A DNA stretch of 64,000 nucleotides from Pedobacter sp. (GCA_050253415.1 JBFWJC010000008.1:32001-96000), one strand, 5' to 3'. Counted from the first letter of the stretch, positions 1-10,920 are shown. The notes: generated by a model from the letters alone, not told the origin. Made by a program: numbers and translations.

Positions 1-251
1 AGTGCCGCCCTGACGCCGGGAAACTTGTTAGCTACAATCGACATGCCAATCCCGGTACCACAAATGAGGATACCTTTGTCGGCCTCACCGGTTGAAATAG
101 CCTTGCCTACTCGCTCACCAAAATCAGGGTAATCAACGGAATCTCCGTTATTGGTACCAAGATCGCGCACCTCGATACCCCGATTTTCCAAATAGGCCTT
201 AATACTTTCTTTCAACTCGAGGCCACCATGGTCACTGGCGATAATAAACAT
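1..251 (-). CDS. rpiB: Ribose-5-phosphate isomerase B (5' part; runs off window start)
   Basis: Manual translation from ATG at 251: [10 protein letters not shown]...SVDYPDFG...[23 protein letters not shown], the RpiB/LacAB motifs; not in ORF track. Confidence 0.93.
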   Translation of the reverse strand, partial: MFIIASDHGGLELKESIKAYLENRGIEVRDLGTNNGDSVDYPDFGERVGKAISTGEADKGILICGTGIGMSIVANKFPGVRAA

Positions 252-261
252 CCCGACTACC

Positions 262-1494
262 TCAAATCTTTCTGAACAATAGGCTGGCATTGGTGCCGCC
301 AAAACCGAAAGAGTTAGACAAGGCACCGTTAACCGCTACACGACGGGCCTCATTGGGAACGTAGTCGAGATCGCATTCAGGGTCAGCTTCTTGATAATTG
401 ATAGTAGGTGGAATTTCACCACGATCAATAGCCATGACAGAGTAAACCGCTTCCAGACCGCCGGCAGCGCCAAGTGCATGCCCAGTCATACTTTTGGTGG
501 AACTGACCATGAGCTTGGATGCGTGATCTTTAAAAACCGTTTTAATAGCCATGGTTTCATACAGGTCGTTAAAGTGGGTAGAGGTACCGTGGGCATTGAT
601 ATAGGTAACCTCTTCCGCCTTCATGCCGGAATTTTTCAAAGCCATTGCCATGCACCGCGCTGCTCCTTCGCCGCCGGGAGCCGGGGCTGTAAGGTGATGC
701 GCATCGGCAGAAAGGCCATAACCGACAAGTTCAGCATAAATATGAGCACCACGTGCCTTGGCTATCTCGTAATCTTCCAAGACTAGAATGCCAGCACCCT
801 CAGCCATGACAAAGCCATCACGGTTTTTTTCAAATGGACGGCTAGCAGCCTGGGGATCGTCGTTACGCGTCGAGAGCGCACGCATAACGTTGAACCCGCC
901 GACAGCCAAAGGCGTGATCGTCGACTCTGCCCCGCCGGCAATCATAACATCCGCGTCGCCACGTTTAATGATATGGTAAGCGTCACCAATGGAATGGGTG
1001 CCACTTGCACAGGCAGATACGGCTGAAACGTTCGGTCCCTTTGCTCCAAACCGCATGGATATCTGGCCGGGAGCCAAATTGGTAATCAACATGGGTATGA
1101 AGAAGGGGGAAATTTTTTTGTAACCACCTTCAAGAAAAGCGGAATGATATTTTTCGATGGTAGGCAGACCTCCGAGGCCGGCACCTACCAGCACACCAAC
1201 ACGCTCGGCATTTTCGTCATTGATGACGAGTTTGGAATCCTTGACAGCTTCATCGGCAGCCGCCAGAGCGTATTGAATGAAGAGATCCATCTTGCGAACC
1301 TCTTTTTTATCTACATAGTCTTCGGCGTTGAAGTCTTTGACTTCACCGGCAATATGGGTCGGAAAGCTCGAGCAATCGAATCGCGTAATCCGATCAATAC
1401 CCGATTTGCCGGCCAACAGGCTCTGCCAGTTTTTCTCTGCCCCATTCCCCAGGGCCGATATAGTACCGATACCGGTTACGACAACTCTACGCAT
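262..1494 (-). CDS. fabF: 3-oxoacyl-ACP synthase II
   Basis: [10 protein letters not shown], catalytic [23 protein letters not shown]; fab operon context. Confidence 0.97.
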   Translation of the reverse strand: MRRVVVTGIGTISALGNGAEKNWQSLLAGKSGIDRITRFDCSSFPTHIAGEVKDFNAEDYVDKKEVRKMDLFIQYALAAADEAVKDSKLVINDENAERVGVLVGAGLGGLPTIEKYHSAFLEGGYKKISPFFIPMLITNLAPGQISMRFGAKGPNVSAVSACASGTHSIGDAYHIIKRGDADVMIAGGAESTITPLAVGGFNVMRALSTRNDDPQAASRPFEKNRDGFVMAEGAGILVLEDYEIAKARGAHIYAELVGYGLSADAHHLTAPAPGGEGAARCMAMALKNSGMKAEEVTYINAHGTSTHFNDLYETMAIKTVFKDHASKLMVSSTKSMTGHALGAAGGLEAVYSVMAIDRGEIPPTINYQEADPECDLDYVPNEARRVAVNGALSNSFGFGGTNASLLFRKI

Positions 1495-1574
1495 GGTGAA
1501 CTATGCCTCCGTTTTAGGCTTTTTTGTGCCGCCTGCGGAAAACCCTGCCAACAGCCGATCACTTTCGATGCATC

Positions 1575-1620
1575 AAAAAGGGGGGAGGAAGCGCTGTTCG
1601 TGACGCATCCCCCTCCCCCT
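1575..1620 (-). terminator. Hairpin plus U-tract between acpP and fabF
   Basis: GGGGGAGG...CCTCCCCC inverted repeat with A5 on its left (U-tract on minus strand). Confidence 0.55.
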
Positions 1621-1638
1621 CAATACCTGCAAGTCAGA

Positions 1639-1872
1639 TCAAGAATTTGCCGAAATATAATCAACGGCATCCTGTACAGTCTGAATCTTTTCAGCGTCTT
1701 CGTCGGAGATTTCGATATCGAATTCTTCTTCGAGAGCCATAACCAGTTCTACAGTGTCAAGGGAATCGGCACCAAGGTCGTCCATGAAAGAAGCATCTCC
1801 GGTTACCTGTGCTTCATCTACACCCAACTGCTCAGCAATAATCTGTTGTACTCTTTCCTCGATAGAAGCCAT
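1639..1872 (-). CDS. acpP: Acyl carrier protein
   Basis: [14 protein letters not shown] phosphopantetheine motif; ATG at 1872 follows AAGGAGG. Confidence 0.97.
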   Translation of the reverse strand: MASIEERVQQIIAEQLGVDEAQVTGDASFMDDLGADSLDTVELVMALEEEFDIEISDEDAEKIQTVQDAVDYISANS

Positions 1873-1947
1873 CTGCTTCACCTCCTTGTTGTTGTTCGGA
1901 CCGATACAGAATCGGACTGAAGACTATACTCGCGAAATTTTACTTTG

Positions 1948-2685
1948 TTACATGTACATGCCACCGTTAACGCCCAGTACCTGACCGGTGATATACGCGG
2001 CTTGATCAGATGCCAGGAATAGTACGGCGGAAACAATATCTTCGGCTTCGCCGAACCGTCCGAGAGGAATCTGCCCGAGCAGACTCTCTTTGACTTTTTC
2101 GTTCAGAACCTCAGTCATATCCGTAACGATAAAACCAGGTGTAACCGCATTTACGGTAACGTTACGCTTGGAAAGCTCACGAGCGACCGATTTAGTCAAT
2201 CCAATAAGCCCGGCCTTGCTGGCGCAGTAGTTGGCCTGGCCGGCATTGCCCATTTCGCCCACAACGGAAGAAATATTAATTATTCGGCCAACACGCTGCT
2301 TGCCCATGATTTTGGCCGCAGCACGAGAACACAAAAAAGCGCCTTTTAGATTGGTATCGAGAACAGCATCCCAATCAGCGTCTTTCATCCGCACCAAAAG
2401 ATTATCACGGGTGATACCAGCATTGTTGACCAAAATGTCAACCCGGCCAAATGCCTCCATCGCGGTATCAAACAAACGCTCTACATCAGCAGAGCTGGAA
2501 ATATCGGTCGGTACGCTGAGGGCTTCGCCCCCAAGCTCACAAACTTCTTTGACCAGGCTTTCAAGTGCTTCAGTACTCCGCGCTGACACAACAACCTTGG
2601 CACCACACTCTGCCATTTTCAAAGCTATGGCGCGACCGATACCACGCGAGGCACCCGTTACAATTGCAACTTTATCCTTCAACAT
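1948..2685 (-). CDS. fabG: 3-oxoacyl-ACP reductase
   Basis: TGASRGIG, NNAGITRD, YCASK SDR motifs; operon context. Confidence 0.96.
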   Translation of the reverse strand: MLKDKVAIVTGASRGIGRAIALKMAECGAKVVVSARSTEALESLVKEVCELGGEALSVPTDISSSADVERLFDTAMEAFGRVDILVNNAGITRDNLLVRMKDADWDAVLDTNLKGAFLCSRAAAKIMGKQRVGRIINISSVVGEMGNAGQANYCASKAGLIGLTKSVARELSKRNVTVNAVTPGFIVTDMTEVLNEKVKESLLGQIPLGRFGEAEDIVSAVLFLASDQAAYITGQVLGVNGGMYM

Positions 2686-2698
2686 ATTTCACTCCCTC

Positions 2699-3625
2699 TC
2701 ACAGCGCCGGCGTAAAAGCCTTCAGGTCGGCTACGGTCCCTATGTTCTGGATGGCCGAACCCTTTGCGATACGCTTGATCAGGCCAGCAAGCACCTTACC
2801 GGGCCCAATTTCGACAAAGCGTTCAACACCTGAGTCGATCATGTTAACGACAGACTCTTCCCAACGCACTGGAGAATATACCTGGCGCACCAGCAAATCA
2901 CGCACCGCCCCTGCATCACGATTGGCGACAGCATCGACATTACTGACTACAGGACAGCTAAGTTCGGCAACAGCAACGCCAGCTAGAACAGCCTCAAGCT
3001 GTTTGGCGGCGGGTTCCATGAGCATACAATGAAAAGGAGCACTTACAGGTAGCGGTAGGGCTCGTTTAGCACCACGCTCTTTAGCAAGCTCCATAGCCCG
3101 CTGTACAGCAGATACATGCCCGGCAATAACTATCTGACCGGGACTGTTGTAATTGGCCGGCGCAACAATCTCGTTCATGGCAACATCCTGGCAGACCTGA
3201 TCCACGATCTCGTTATCAAGGCCAATAATGGCAGCCATGGTCCCCATGCCTACGGGAACGGCATCCTGCATGAACATGCCGCGTTGCCGCACTGTGCGAA
3301 TTGCATCTTCGAAGGTGATTGCTCCGGCACATACCAACGCGGCATATTCACCGAGAGAATGTCCGGCAACACAGCCAGGAGTTAAACCTGTCTCTCCATG
3401 AAATACACGTAACGCGGCAATGCTTGCGGCAACAATGGCAGGCTGCGTATTAGCGGTCAACTTCAGCTCTTCCTCGGGCCCTTCGAAACACAGTTTCGCA
3501 AGATCGATTCCGAGCGCGTCGTTCGCTTCTTCAAAGGTCACTCGAGCCAGGGGAAAGTTTTCCGCCAGATCTTTACCCATACCGGCATATTGAGATCCCT
3601 GTCCGGGAAACACGAAAGCAGTCAT
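2699..3625 (-). CDS. fabD: Malonyl-CoA:ACP transacylase
   Basis: FPGQGSQ, GHSLGEY, VSAPFH; start trimmed to MTAFVF. Confidence 0.96.
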   Translation of the reverse strand: MTAFVFPGQGSQYAGMGKDLAENFPLARVTFEEANDALGIDLAKLCFEGPEEELKLTANTQPAIVAASIAALRVFHGETGLTPGCVAGHSLGEYAALVCAGAITFEDAIRTVRQRGMFMQDAVPVGMGTMAAIIGLDNEIVDQVCQDVAMNEIVAPANYNSPGQIVIAGHVSAVQRAMELAKERGAKRALPLPVSAPFHCMLMEPAAKQLEAVLAGVAVAELSCPVVSNVDAVANRDAGAVRDLLVRQVYSPVRWEESVVNMIDSGVERFVEIGPGKVLAGLIKRIAKGSAIQNIGTVADLKAFTPAL

Positions 3626-3656
3626 GTGAAGTATTATCTCCTTTACGACAGGGGCT

Positions 3657-4640
3657 TTACCACCGAAAAAGGGCAGAGCCCCATGTAAAGCCTCCACCAA
3701 ATGCATTCAGCAACACAACATCACCGGTCTTGATCCGACCTCCCCTGTGCGCCTCATCAAGAGCTATGGGGATGGAAGCAGCCGATGTATTGCCAACGCG
3801 GTCAACGTTGACCATGACCTTTTCAAGGGGGACACCCAATCGTTTCGCTGTGGCCTCGAGAATCCGTCGATTAGCTTGATGGGGAATGAGAAGATCCACG
3901 TCACTTGCCGTCAGATCATTTGCAGCGAGGGCTTCTTCTCCGGCTTCACACAGCGACCGTACAGCGACCTTGAAAACTTCATTGCCCTGCATCTGAACAA
4001 ACGGATTGCCAGCTTCGGCGGTCGAGCTATCGGCAGGGTTACGGGAACCCTGTCCCATTTGGTACAATAACGGCCAGCAACTACCGTCTGTGTGAAGATG
4101 GCAGCTTAACAAGCCCCTATCTTCTTCTCCGGCCTCAAGCACGACAGCACCCGCACCATCGCCAAACAGAATGCAGGTACCCCTATCCTTCCAATCCACT
4201 ATCCTGCTGAACACCTCGGCGCCAATCAGCAATATCTTCTTGGCGGTTCCCGACTGGATATAACTATTAGCAATAGACAGCCCATAAAGAAAACCACTGC
4301 ATGCTGCAGATATATCGAATGCAAAAGCACGACTGGCCTGTAAGTTACTCTGTACAAGGCATGCGGTAGCCGGCCAATTGAAATCGCCGGTCACCGTAGC
4401 AACAATAATAAGATCGATTTCATCTGCAGCAACACCGGCCATGGACATGGCGCGCCTGGCGGCTTCAGTTGCAAGATCAGAGGTATGCTCACCGTCAGTT
4501 GCAATGCGACGTTCGCGGATACCTGTACGGGTCCAGATCCATTCATCCGTTGTGTCGACTAACTGCTCCAGATCAGCGTTGGTCAAAACTTTTTCAGGTA
4601 GATAGGATCCAGTACCAGTAATACACGTTCGCTTCATCAT
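3657..4640 (-). CDS. fabH: 3-oxoacyl-ACP synthase III
   Basis: AACSGF, PHQAN, GNTSAAS, FGGGFTWG. Confidence 0.96.
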   Translation of the reverse strand: MMKRTCITGTGSYLPEKVLTNADLEQLVDTTDEWIWTRTGIRERRIATDGEHTSDLATEAARRAMSMAGVAADEIDLIIVATVTGDFNWPATACLVQSNLQASRAFAFDISAACSGFLYGLSIANSYIQSGTAKKILLIGAEVFSRIVDWKDRGTCILFGDGAGAVVLEAGEEDRGLLSCHLHTDGSCWPLLYQMGQGSRNPADSSTAEAGNPFVQMQGNEVFKVAVRSLCEAGEEALAANDLTASDVDLLIPHQANRRILEATAKRLGVPLEKVMVNVDRVGNTSAASIPIALDEAHRGGRIKTGDVVLLNAFGGGFTWGSALFRW

Positions 4641-4673
4641 ACTGCAAAACTCCAAACGGGGAATGTCAAAGAA

Positions 4674-5717
4674 CTATCGAACGCCGGCTTCAACAGCATC
4701 ATCACCAGCCCCATCTCTTTCAAGACCAAGCTGAGTAATTAAACGCTCATTGATACGCTGCGATACGGATTCCCTCGCCATGTGAATGGCATTCTTAATG
4801 GCACGGGCATTCGACCCGCCATGGCAGATCATGCCTGTACCCTGAATGCCAAGAAGCGGTGCTCCGCCATACTCTGCGTAATCCACCTTTTTCTTGAATG
4901 CGCGAAACGCAGGGCGCGCCAAAAGGTAACCAAGCTTGGCCAGGAACCGCTGCTTAATTTCACCTTTCAGCATATCACCGATGGCCTCAGAGAGACCTTC
5001 GGAAACCTTAAGCACCACGTTGCCCACAAAACCGTCGCACACCACAACATCGACGTCACCACTAAAAACATCGCGGCCTTCAACAAACCCGATATAATTC
5101 AGTGTGGAATGCTTGAGAAGCTTATGTGCTTCCCGCGCCAGTTCATTGCCCTTGCTCTCCTCTTCTCCATTGGAGAGAACGCCAACCTTGGGACGGTTCT
5201 TGCCAAGCATGAACTTGGCATAAACAGCCCCCATAGTTCCGAACTGCGCGAGGTGAATCGGCTTGCAATCAACATTTGCCCCGCCATCCAACAACACCGT
5301 CTGGCTCTTCTTATTGGGCAAGATGGTTGCTATGGCTGGCCGATCAATCCCAGGTATCCTCTTCAATAGAAACATACCAACGGCCATCGTCGCGCCTGAA
5401 TTGCCCGCACTGACTACGGCATGCACGTCACCACGACGCAGCAACTCAAAAGCAACTCTGATCGAAGAATCCTTCTTTTTCCGAACAGCATCAGACGGCG
5501 AATCATGCATGCCAACAACTTCGCTGGCATGCTGAATGGTAATATCCAGACCCGATACGGGATACCTGGACAGTGCCTCTTCAAGCCGAACCTGATCGCC
5601 GACCAGAACAACCGGAATCTTCCACTCTCTTGCGGCAGCAACCGCACCTTCCACCTCGACCTCAGGGGCATTATCCCCCCCCATAGCATCGACGGCAACT
5701 ACTATTCGTTCGTTCAA
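4674..5717 (-). CDS. plsX: Phosphate acyltransferase
   Basis: [29 protein letters not shown]. Confidence 0.96.
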   Translation of the reverse strand: MNERIVVAVDAMGGDNAPEVEVEGAVAAAREWKIPVVLVGDQVRLEEALSRYPVSGLDITIQHASEVVGMHDSPSDAVRKKKDSSIRVAFELLRRGDVHAVVSAGNSGATMAVGMFLLKRIPGIDRPAIATILPNKKSQTVLLDGGANVDCKPIHLAQFGTMGAVYAKFMLGKNRPKVGVLSNGEEESKGNELAREAHKLLKHSTLNYIGFVEGRDVFSGDVDVVVCDGFVGNVVLKVSEGLSEAIGDMLKGEIKQRFLAKLGYLLARPAFRAFKKKVDYAEYGGAPLLGIQGTGMICHGGSNARAIKNAIHMARESVSQRINERLITQLGLERDGAGDDAVEAGVR

Positions 5718-5740
5718 TCGGACGTCCTTTTTATAGGAGT

Positions 5741-5917
5741 TTATTCGGTTTCAACGACGTCCTTACCCTTGTAACTGCCGCAACTTGCACAAACTCTATG
5801 AGGCTGCTTCGGTTCCTTACACTGCGGACAGGTAGAAATCCCGGGAGCGGTCAAAAAGTCATGGGCCCGACGCATATCACGTTTCGATTTGGAGGTTTTC
5901 TTCTTCGGTACTGCCAT
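5741..5917 (-). CDS. rpmF: 50S ribosomal protein L32
   Basis: [29 protein letters not shown] zinc motif. Confidence 0.96.
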   Translation of the reverse strand: MAVPKKKTSKSKRDMRRAHDFLTAPGISTCPQCKEPKQPHRVCASCGSYKGKDVVETE

Positions 5918-5998
5918 TTTAAAACTCCTTCCAAGCGGCCACCAGGGCCGATTAATTGTGTCTGCTAAAAACACCAACAGGTTGCAAAAAAGTATACA

Positions 5999-6553
5999 TC
6001 AATCGCTTTTTTTAATCTTAAAATCCTTAAGGGCAGCAAATTTTCCACCCATAGCCTGATCACGACATCCGCAATCGCCATCATTAAGGTCCGCGCCACA
6101 CTGTGAACACAACCCCAGACAGTCTTCACGACAAAGGGGTTTAAAAGGTAACGCCATCACAACCTGTTCCTGAACCGTTTCAGTGAGATCGATTTCGTCC
6201 CCTTCAAAAGCAAGCATCCCCAGATCGTCGGCCTGAAGCTCGACTTCACCGTCGTCGCCACCTTCGTCCATAGCCGGCAGTTGCCGAGCATAAGTGACGG
6301 AAAAGGTTGCATCAAGAGGTTGTTCAAATTCCTGCAGGCACCGACAACACTGAAGACGAACTGTAGTCGTTACGGAACCTTCAACGATTACCATCCCCTC
6401 AAACTTGCGTGCCATCAGCCGGATATCGAGGGGTTGAACAAAAACCGCCTCCCCCTCAGCATGAAGTTCATTCAGCGCAGGAAAACGATCAAATGCTTCA
6501 ATCGACTCAAGGGACAAACCCTGTTCCTTGATGTCGTCCAGGTCGATGATCAA
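5999..6553 (-). CDS. yceD: YceD/DUF177 23S rRNA accumulation protein
   Basis: CxRCL and PLCREDCLGLCSQCG motifs, directly upstream of rpmF; TTG start after GGAG. Confidence 0.9.
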   Translation of the reverse strand: MIIDLDDIKEQGLSLESIEAFDRFPALNELHAEGEAVFVQPLDIRLMARKFEGMVIVEGSVTTTVRLQCCRCLQEFEQPLDATFSVTYARQLPAMDEGGDDGEVELQADDLGMLAFEGDEIDLTETVQEQVVMALPFKPLCREDCLGLCSQCGADLNDGDCGCRDQAMGGKFAALKDFKIKKSD

Positions 6554-6596
6554 AAGCAGTATCTCCAAAAAAGTGACAGGCCGCAGGTAAGCGGGT

Positions 6597-6624
6597 AGTA
6601 TAAGGCTTGACCTCGGTTTGTCAA
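6597..6624 (-). promoter_or_regulatory. Sigma70-like promoter of the yceD-rpmF-plsX-fab operon
   Basis: TTGACA-N16-TATACT on minus strand. Confidence 0.7.
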
Positions 6625-6780
6625 GCGAAAAGGTCGTCCACAATCAGTATCATACCGGCCAGAGCCAGCAACTTACTAGCCTATTCCGCAATGCAATGCA
6701 AGCAATTATTTTACACACAGCAGTTGCAGTAAGCGGATGAATGGGATAGAAACAGACAACTTCCCAACAAGGATACCATC

Positions 6781-7617
6781 ATGCATAAAAAGTTTTTACA
6801 GCCGGGCATCGATCGCCTCCAGGAAATAGTCGCCACCCTGCGCTCCCCAGGGGGGTGTCCCTGGGACGCCAAGCAAACTCCGGAAAGCCTCAAATCACAC
6901 ATCATTGAAGAAACCTACGAAGTTCTTGAGGCAATCGATCTCGGCAACGCAAAGGCTATTTGCGAAGAACTTGGAGATCTTCTTTTACAGGTTGTTTTCC
7001 AAGCCAGGATTTTTGAAGAGAGAGGACTTTTCAGTTTGGAGGACGTCGCCAATGGTATCGCCGACAAACTTGAACGCCGCCACCCTCATGTCTTTAATAA
7101 ATCTCACAACCCGACCGACACCGATCTCCACAAACAATGGGAAAGAATCAAACGGGAAGAAAAATCACAACAAGGCCAACCAACTCCCACGCTTGGCAAC
7201 ACCCCCCCACATCTTCCGGCACTCTTAAAGGCAAAAAAAATCACGCAAAAAGCCAGTCGCGCAGGTTTTGACTGGCCTGATCTAAGCTTCGCCCTGGCCA
7301 AAGTCCATGAAGAACTCGCGGAATGCGAAGAAGCTTTCCTGGAATCGGACCACCATAAGAAAGAAGACGAATTGGGCGACCTCCTGTTTGCTGTCGTAAA
7401 TGTTGGTCGACTTCTTGATATAGATGCCGAAAATGCTTTAGGAAAAACCATCAATCGATTTACCAGACGGTTCACCCTGGTGGAAAAGACGCTTAACAAC
7501 CAGGGACGCAATATAGACAGCGCATCCTTTAATGAATTACTCCGCCTGTGGAACGACGCAAAACAGCAAGATGCTTGTTCCTTTCAAGGTAGCCAGAGCA
7601 CACCACCACAGTGCTGA
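6781..7617 (+). CDS. mazG: Nucleoside triphosphate pyrophosphohydrolase
   Basis: GGCPWD..QT, EETYE, EELGDLLLQ, tandem MazG domains. Confidence 0.95.
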   Translation: MHKKFLQPGIDRLQEIVATLRSPGGCPWDAKQTPESLKSHIIEETYEVLEAIDLGNAKAICEELGDLLLQVVFQARIFEERGLFSLEDVANGIADKLERRHPHVFNKSHNPTDTDLHKQWERIKREEKSQQGQPTPTLGNTPPHLPALLKAKKITQKASRAGFDWPDLSFALAKVHEELAECEEAFLESDHHKKEDELGDLLFAVVNVGRLLDIDAENALGKTINRFTRRFTLVEKTLNNQGRNIDSASFNELLRLWNDAKQQDACSFQGSQSTPPQC

Positions 7618-7689
7618 CAGGATGAACGTCAACAACATCCAATCGTCAATAAACGGAAAAACTATCGCATCTTCAAGCCCCTTCAACCT

Positions 7690-7735
7690 TTTTCCACACC
7701 TTTCGTGGAAAACCAGTGGATAACCCTGTGGAAAG
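7690..7735. promoter_or_regulatory. Cluster of four DnaA-box-like 9-mers
   Basis: TTTTCCACA 7690-7698, CGTGGAAAA 7704-7712, AGTGGATAA 7715-7723, TGTGGAAAG 7727-7735 (1-2 mismatches to TTATCCACA/TGTGGATAA). Confidence 0.6.
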
Positions 7736-8074
7736 CGCCTCCCACCCCCTATCCTTCACGGGCTCCAACAAACTGCCCATTTTATAATCATCTTTACATT
7801 ACATAATATATTCGGTAACTTACAACCAAAAACCAATAAGTTTTAGCGGCATATAAAATAATGCACAACGATACCATTGGTCGTTCGATGAGAATTCTAA
7901 TAATACGTTGAAAGGTTGTTTTTTTGCTAAAAAGTAAGGCGTTTAGGACGTCATTGAAAGGAATAATTGCGGAAAATGAATTTCCAGGTCGACGTCTCTA
8001 TGAGATCGACAATCCACTGCAATGTTCATCAGGGCATGCTGCAAACATCCATAACCCCGACCAACCTTCAGGAC

Positions 8075-8106
8075 AAAACAACCCCCTTCATAACAGAAGG
8101 GGGTTG
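8075..8106 (-). terminator. Rho-independent terminator after tRNA-Arg
   Basis: CAACCCCCTTC-N6-GAAGGGGGTTG perfect 11-bp stem with adjacent A-tract. Confidence 0.8.
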
Positions 8107-8116
8107 CAGGTAAAAT

Positions 8117-8193
8117 TGGCGGCCCCGGCGCGATTCGAACGCACGACCTATCGCTTAGGAGGCGACCGCTCTATCCAACTGAGCTACGGGGCC
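8117..8193 (-). tRNA. tRNA-Arg(CCT)
   Basis: GGCCCCG/CGGGGCC acceptor stem, anticodon loop ctCCTaa, GTTCGAATC T-arm, encoded CCA. Confidence 0.96.
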
Positions 8194-8254
8194 TATGAGG
8201 GGGTAGTTTATACACCATCCTCAAATTGATTGGCAAGGTATTTATTGTTAACGA

Positions 8255-8791
8255 TCAAAACTTAAGCAGGCTAAACACCTTGTCGGACGGCAAACGATCA
8301 CGGCCATTTAAAAACTCCAACTCAGCCAGAAACGCACATTCAACCACTTCCGCACCGGATTCCCTGACCAATTCGACAACCGCCGCCACTGTTCCCCCGG
8401 TAGCCAACAGATCATCCGCTACAACCACCCGGTCGCCCGGCTTGAATGCATCGGCATGTATCTCGAGAGTATCCGTGCCATATTCAAGCTGGTAGGTCTT
8501 TTTGATCGTTTTATAAGGTAACTTCCCAGGCTTACGCACCAAAGTGATCCCGGTCCCAAGCTTATAAGCTAAGGCTGCACCCAGGATAAATCCTCGCGCT
8601 TCGACACCAACAATCTGGTCAATCTTTTGCCCTATATACCGATGAGCAATCAAATCAACCATGCGGTGATAGCTTTTCGCATCAGCCAAAAGTGTCGTGA
8701 TATCTTTAAAAACAATTCCCTTTTTGGGAAAATCGGGGATATCCCGAATCACATTACGCAAGTCATCCACGTTAAAAATCCTTTCTGTCAT
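8255..8791 (-). CDS. apt: Adenine phosphoribosyltransferase
   Basis: [36 protein letters not shown]. Confidence 0.97.
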   Translation of the reverse strand: MTERIFNVDDLRNVIRDIPDFPKKGIVFKDITTLLADAKSYHRMVDLIAHRYIGQKIDQIVGVEARGFILGAALAYKLGTGITLVRKPGKLPYKTIKKTYQLEYGTDTLEIHADAFKPGDRVVVADDLLATGGTVAAVVELVRESGAEVVECAFLAELEFLNGRDRLPSDKVFSLLKF

Positions 8792-8826
8792 ACAAAATCT
8801 TTCACAGTCAAGTGGTTATCCCGGCA

Positions 8827-9879
8827 TCAGGATCGATGACCCAACTCTCTTTCCATAAAAGCAGAACTGGCTGATTCCTGTTCTTCCATGAGGTTACGTA
8901 GCTTTTGAAGACTCTTTGCTTCGATCTGGCGAATGCGTTCTCTGGTGACACCAAACTTTCTGCCTATGGTATCCAAAGTCTGCGGATCCTGATCGTTCAG
9001 ACCAAACCGCAACACAAGAATTTCCTGTTCATTTTCACTTAACGTAGCAAACCAGTTACAGACATGAGCATATTTATTAATATCATCAACAAAAACTGAG
9101 GGATTATCTGCATTCGTATCCTCAATGGTGTCAATGAGACTGTAGTCGCGATTCTCGCCCATGGGGTGCTCAATGGAGTAGGTTTTTTTGACAAGTACCA
9201 TTAGCCTTCGAATATAAGAAGGTTCAACTCCCATATATTCGGCGATCTCTTCAACCTTTGGTTCCCGGTTAAACTGATGAATCAGCTCTCGACTGATCTT
9301 GATGAACTTATTGATGTCATCTGAAACATGAACCGGCAAACGAATGGTTCGACTTTGATTCACCAATGCCCGCTCAATGGATTGACGGATCCACCACGTC
9401 GCATAGGTGGAGAAACGGCATTCTTTGCTTAGCTTAAAACGTTCGACTGCCTTTATAAGTCCCATATTGCCCTCCTCGATCAAATCGAGAAACGGCAAAC
9501 CGCGGTTCATATACCGCTTGGCTATTTTAACAACAAGCCGCAAATTCGATTCTATCATCCTGTCCCGGGCAGCCATGTCTCCTTCAGAGATACGCCGCGC
9601 AAGCATGCGCTCCTCTTCAGCAGTCAGCAACTTTGTTTTTTGAATTTCTTTCAGGTATAGCTTTATAGCATCATCGGATGGTCCGTCTTCTTTTTTTGGG
9701 GTTTCCTCTTCCGACTCCTCGGACTCCTCGGACTCCTCGGACTCTTCAGATTCATCGGTTTCCTCTACCTCATCCATACTATCCAGAGAATCGAAGCCGT
9801 CGTCTTTCATATCCAGCGCCTCTTCCTCAATAATGTCTTCCTGCGTATCATTTTTATAATGCTTACGAATCTTGCCCAT
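8827..9879 (-). CDS. rpoS: Group 2 sigma70 factor, RpoS-type
   Basis: SNLRLVVKIAKRY, FSTYATWWIRQ, TRERIRQIE; lacks region 1.1; surE-pcm-nlpD-rpoS synteny. Confidence 0.88.
   Translation of the reverse strand: MGKIRKHYKNDTQEDIIEEEALDMKDDGFDSLDSMDEVEETDESEESEESEESEESEEETPKKEDGPSDDAIKLYLKEIQKTKLLTAEEERMLARRISEGDMAARDRMIESNLRLVVKIAKRYMNRGLPFLDLIEEGNMGLIKAVERFKLSKECRFSTYATWWIRQSIERALVNQSRTIRLPVHVSDDINKFIKISRELIHQFNREPKVEEIAEYMGVEPSYIRRLMVLVKKTYSIEHPMGENRDYSLIDTIEDTNADNPSVFVDDINKYAHVCNWFATLSENEQEILVLRFGLNDQDPQTLDTIGRKFGVTRERIRQIEAKSLQKLRNLMEEQESASSAFMERELGHRS
9713..9757. repeat. 9-bp tandem repeat encoding the acidic (ESE)n tract of RpoS
   Basis: GACTCCTCG x3 perfect plus two degenerate copies. 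Confidence 0.9.
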
Positions 9880-10083
9880 AAAAAATCCGTCCTCCCCGTA
9901 GTCCGAATGAGACCACTATATTCGATCCCAACAGACCAATCCTCGTAAAGAATACGCCGCAGTCTCCATCTATCCACCGTACCGGCCTTGCACCACAAAA
10001 AACACCCGACCACTCCTTCTGAATACCTGAAGAAACCTAATCACCACGCGCCACAAACAAGGCAGCGATTTCTACTCCCTTTA

Positions 10084-10920
10084 TCAGGGCAAGCAAGCCA
10101 CGGGATTTAAGGCATTTTTACCATGTCGGATTTCGAAATGAAGACGCGAGCCATCACATCCTGGCGGTGATCCCCCAAGCGCAATACGCTCCCCCTTACT
10201 GACATAAGCACCGGTGCTGACAAGGTTTTTCTTATTAAATCCATACACGGTATAAAAATCGTCCGCATGTTTTAGAATAATAAGATTTCCATAGCCGCTA
10301 ATGCCATTGTCACTGTAGGTCACACGTCCTGCCGCTGCTGCAACAATATTTTGTCCATATTTCACTTCGATCTCAACGCCTTTGCGTCCGCCATAACCCT
10401 GTTGTCCAAAAGGCTTCAACAGTTTACCATGAACTGGCCAGATAAAATTGGCAGGGGGTGTTTTCTCAGCATTTTTTTTAATCGATGATGAATTTTTTAC
10501 AGAGGAGGTCGCAGGCACGCGACTGGCTACGGGCTTTACATTGGCCCTTGAAGAACTTGAAGGTTTTGAGGCAGGCTTACTTGGCAGGGGTTTGCGTTGC
10601 GTATCAGCGGCGACGGTAGCCGTTGCCGGAACATACCTGCGCCTGCTGGCCCCCGGAATCAAAAGACGCTTACCCACTTTAAGCTGAGAAGGATCGTAGA
10701 TACCATTAACGCGAGCGAGATAATCAGGATCAACCTTATAAGTCTGTCCGATCCTATAGAGTGTCTGACCGGACTGAACGGTGTGATACACTCCCCGTGG
10801 CGGGCTGCAACCAAAAAACAAAACCAGCCAAATCAAAAGGCAACCGGTCTTAGCAACATCGCAGATGCTGACAAAAGACCGTATAGACCTGATCGAATCA
10901 TGGGAACGATACCTAAGCAT
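10084..10920 (-). CDS. LysM + M23 lipoprotein (NlpD-like); true start may lie downstream
   Basis: Lipobox LFFGC, LysM YHTVQSGQTLYRI, M23 GYGNLIILKH...LHFEIR; upstream of rpoS. Confidence 0.88.
   Translation of the reverse strand: MLRYRSHDSIRSIRSFVSICDVAKTGCLLIWLVLFFGCSPPRGVYHTVQSGQTLYRIGQTYKVDPDYLARVNGIYDPSQLKVGKRLLIPGASRRRYVPATATVAADTQRKPLPSKPASKPSSSSRANVKPVASRVPATSSVKNSSSIKKNAEKTPPANFIWPVHGKLLKPFGQQGYGGRKGVEIEVKYGQNIVAAAAGRVTYSDNGISGYGNLIILKHADDFYTVYGFNKKNLVSTGAYVSKGERIALGGSPPGCDGSRLHFEIRHGKNALNPVACLP

Noticed and set aside
7618..8070. Chromosomal replication origin
   Set aside because: No dnaA/dnaN/gidA/parAB nearby and gene orientation stays minus-strand on both sides; kept only as a DnaA-box cluster
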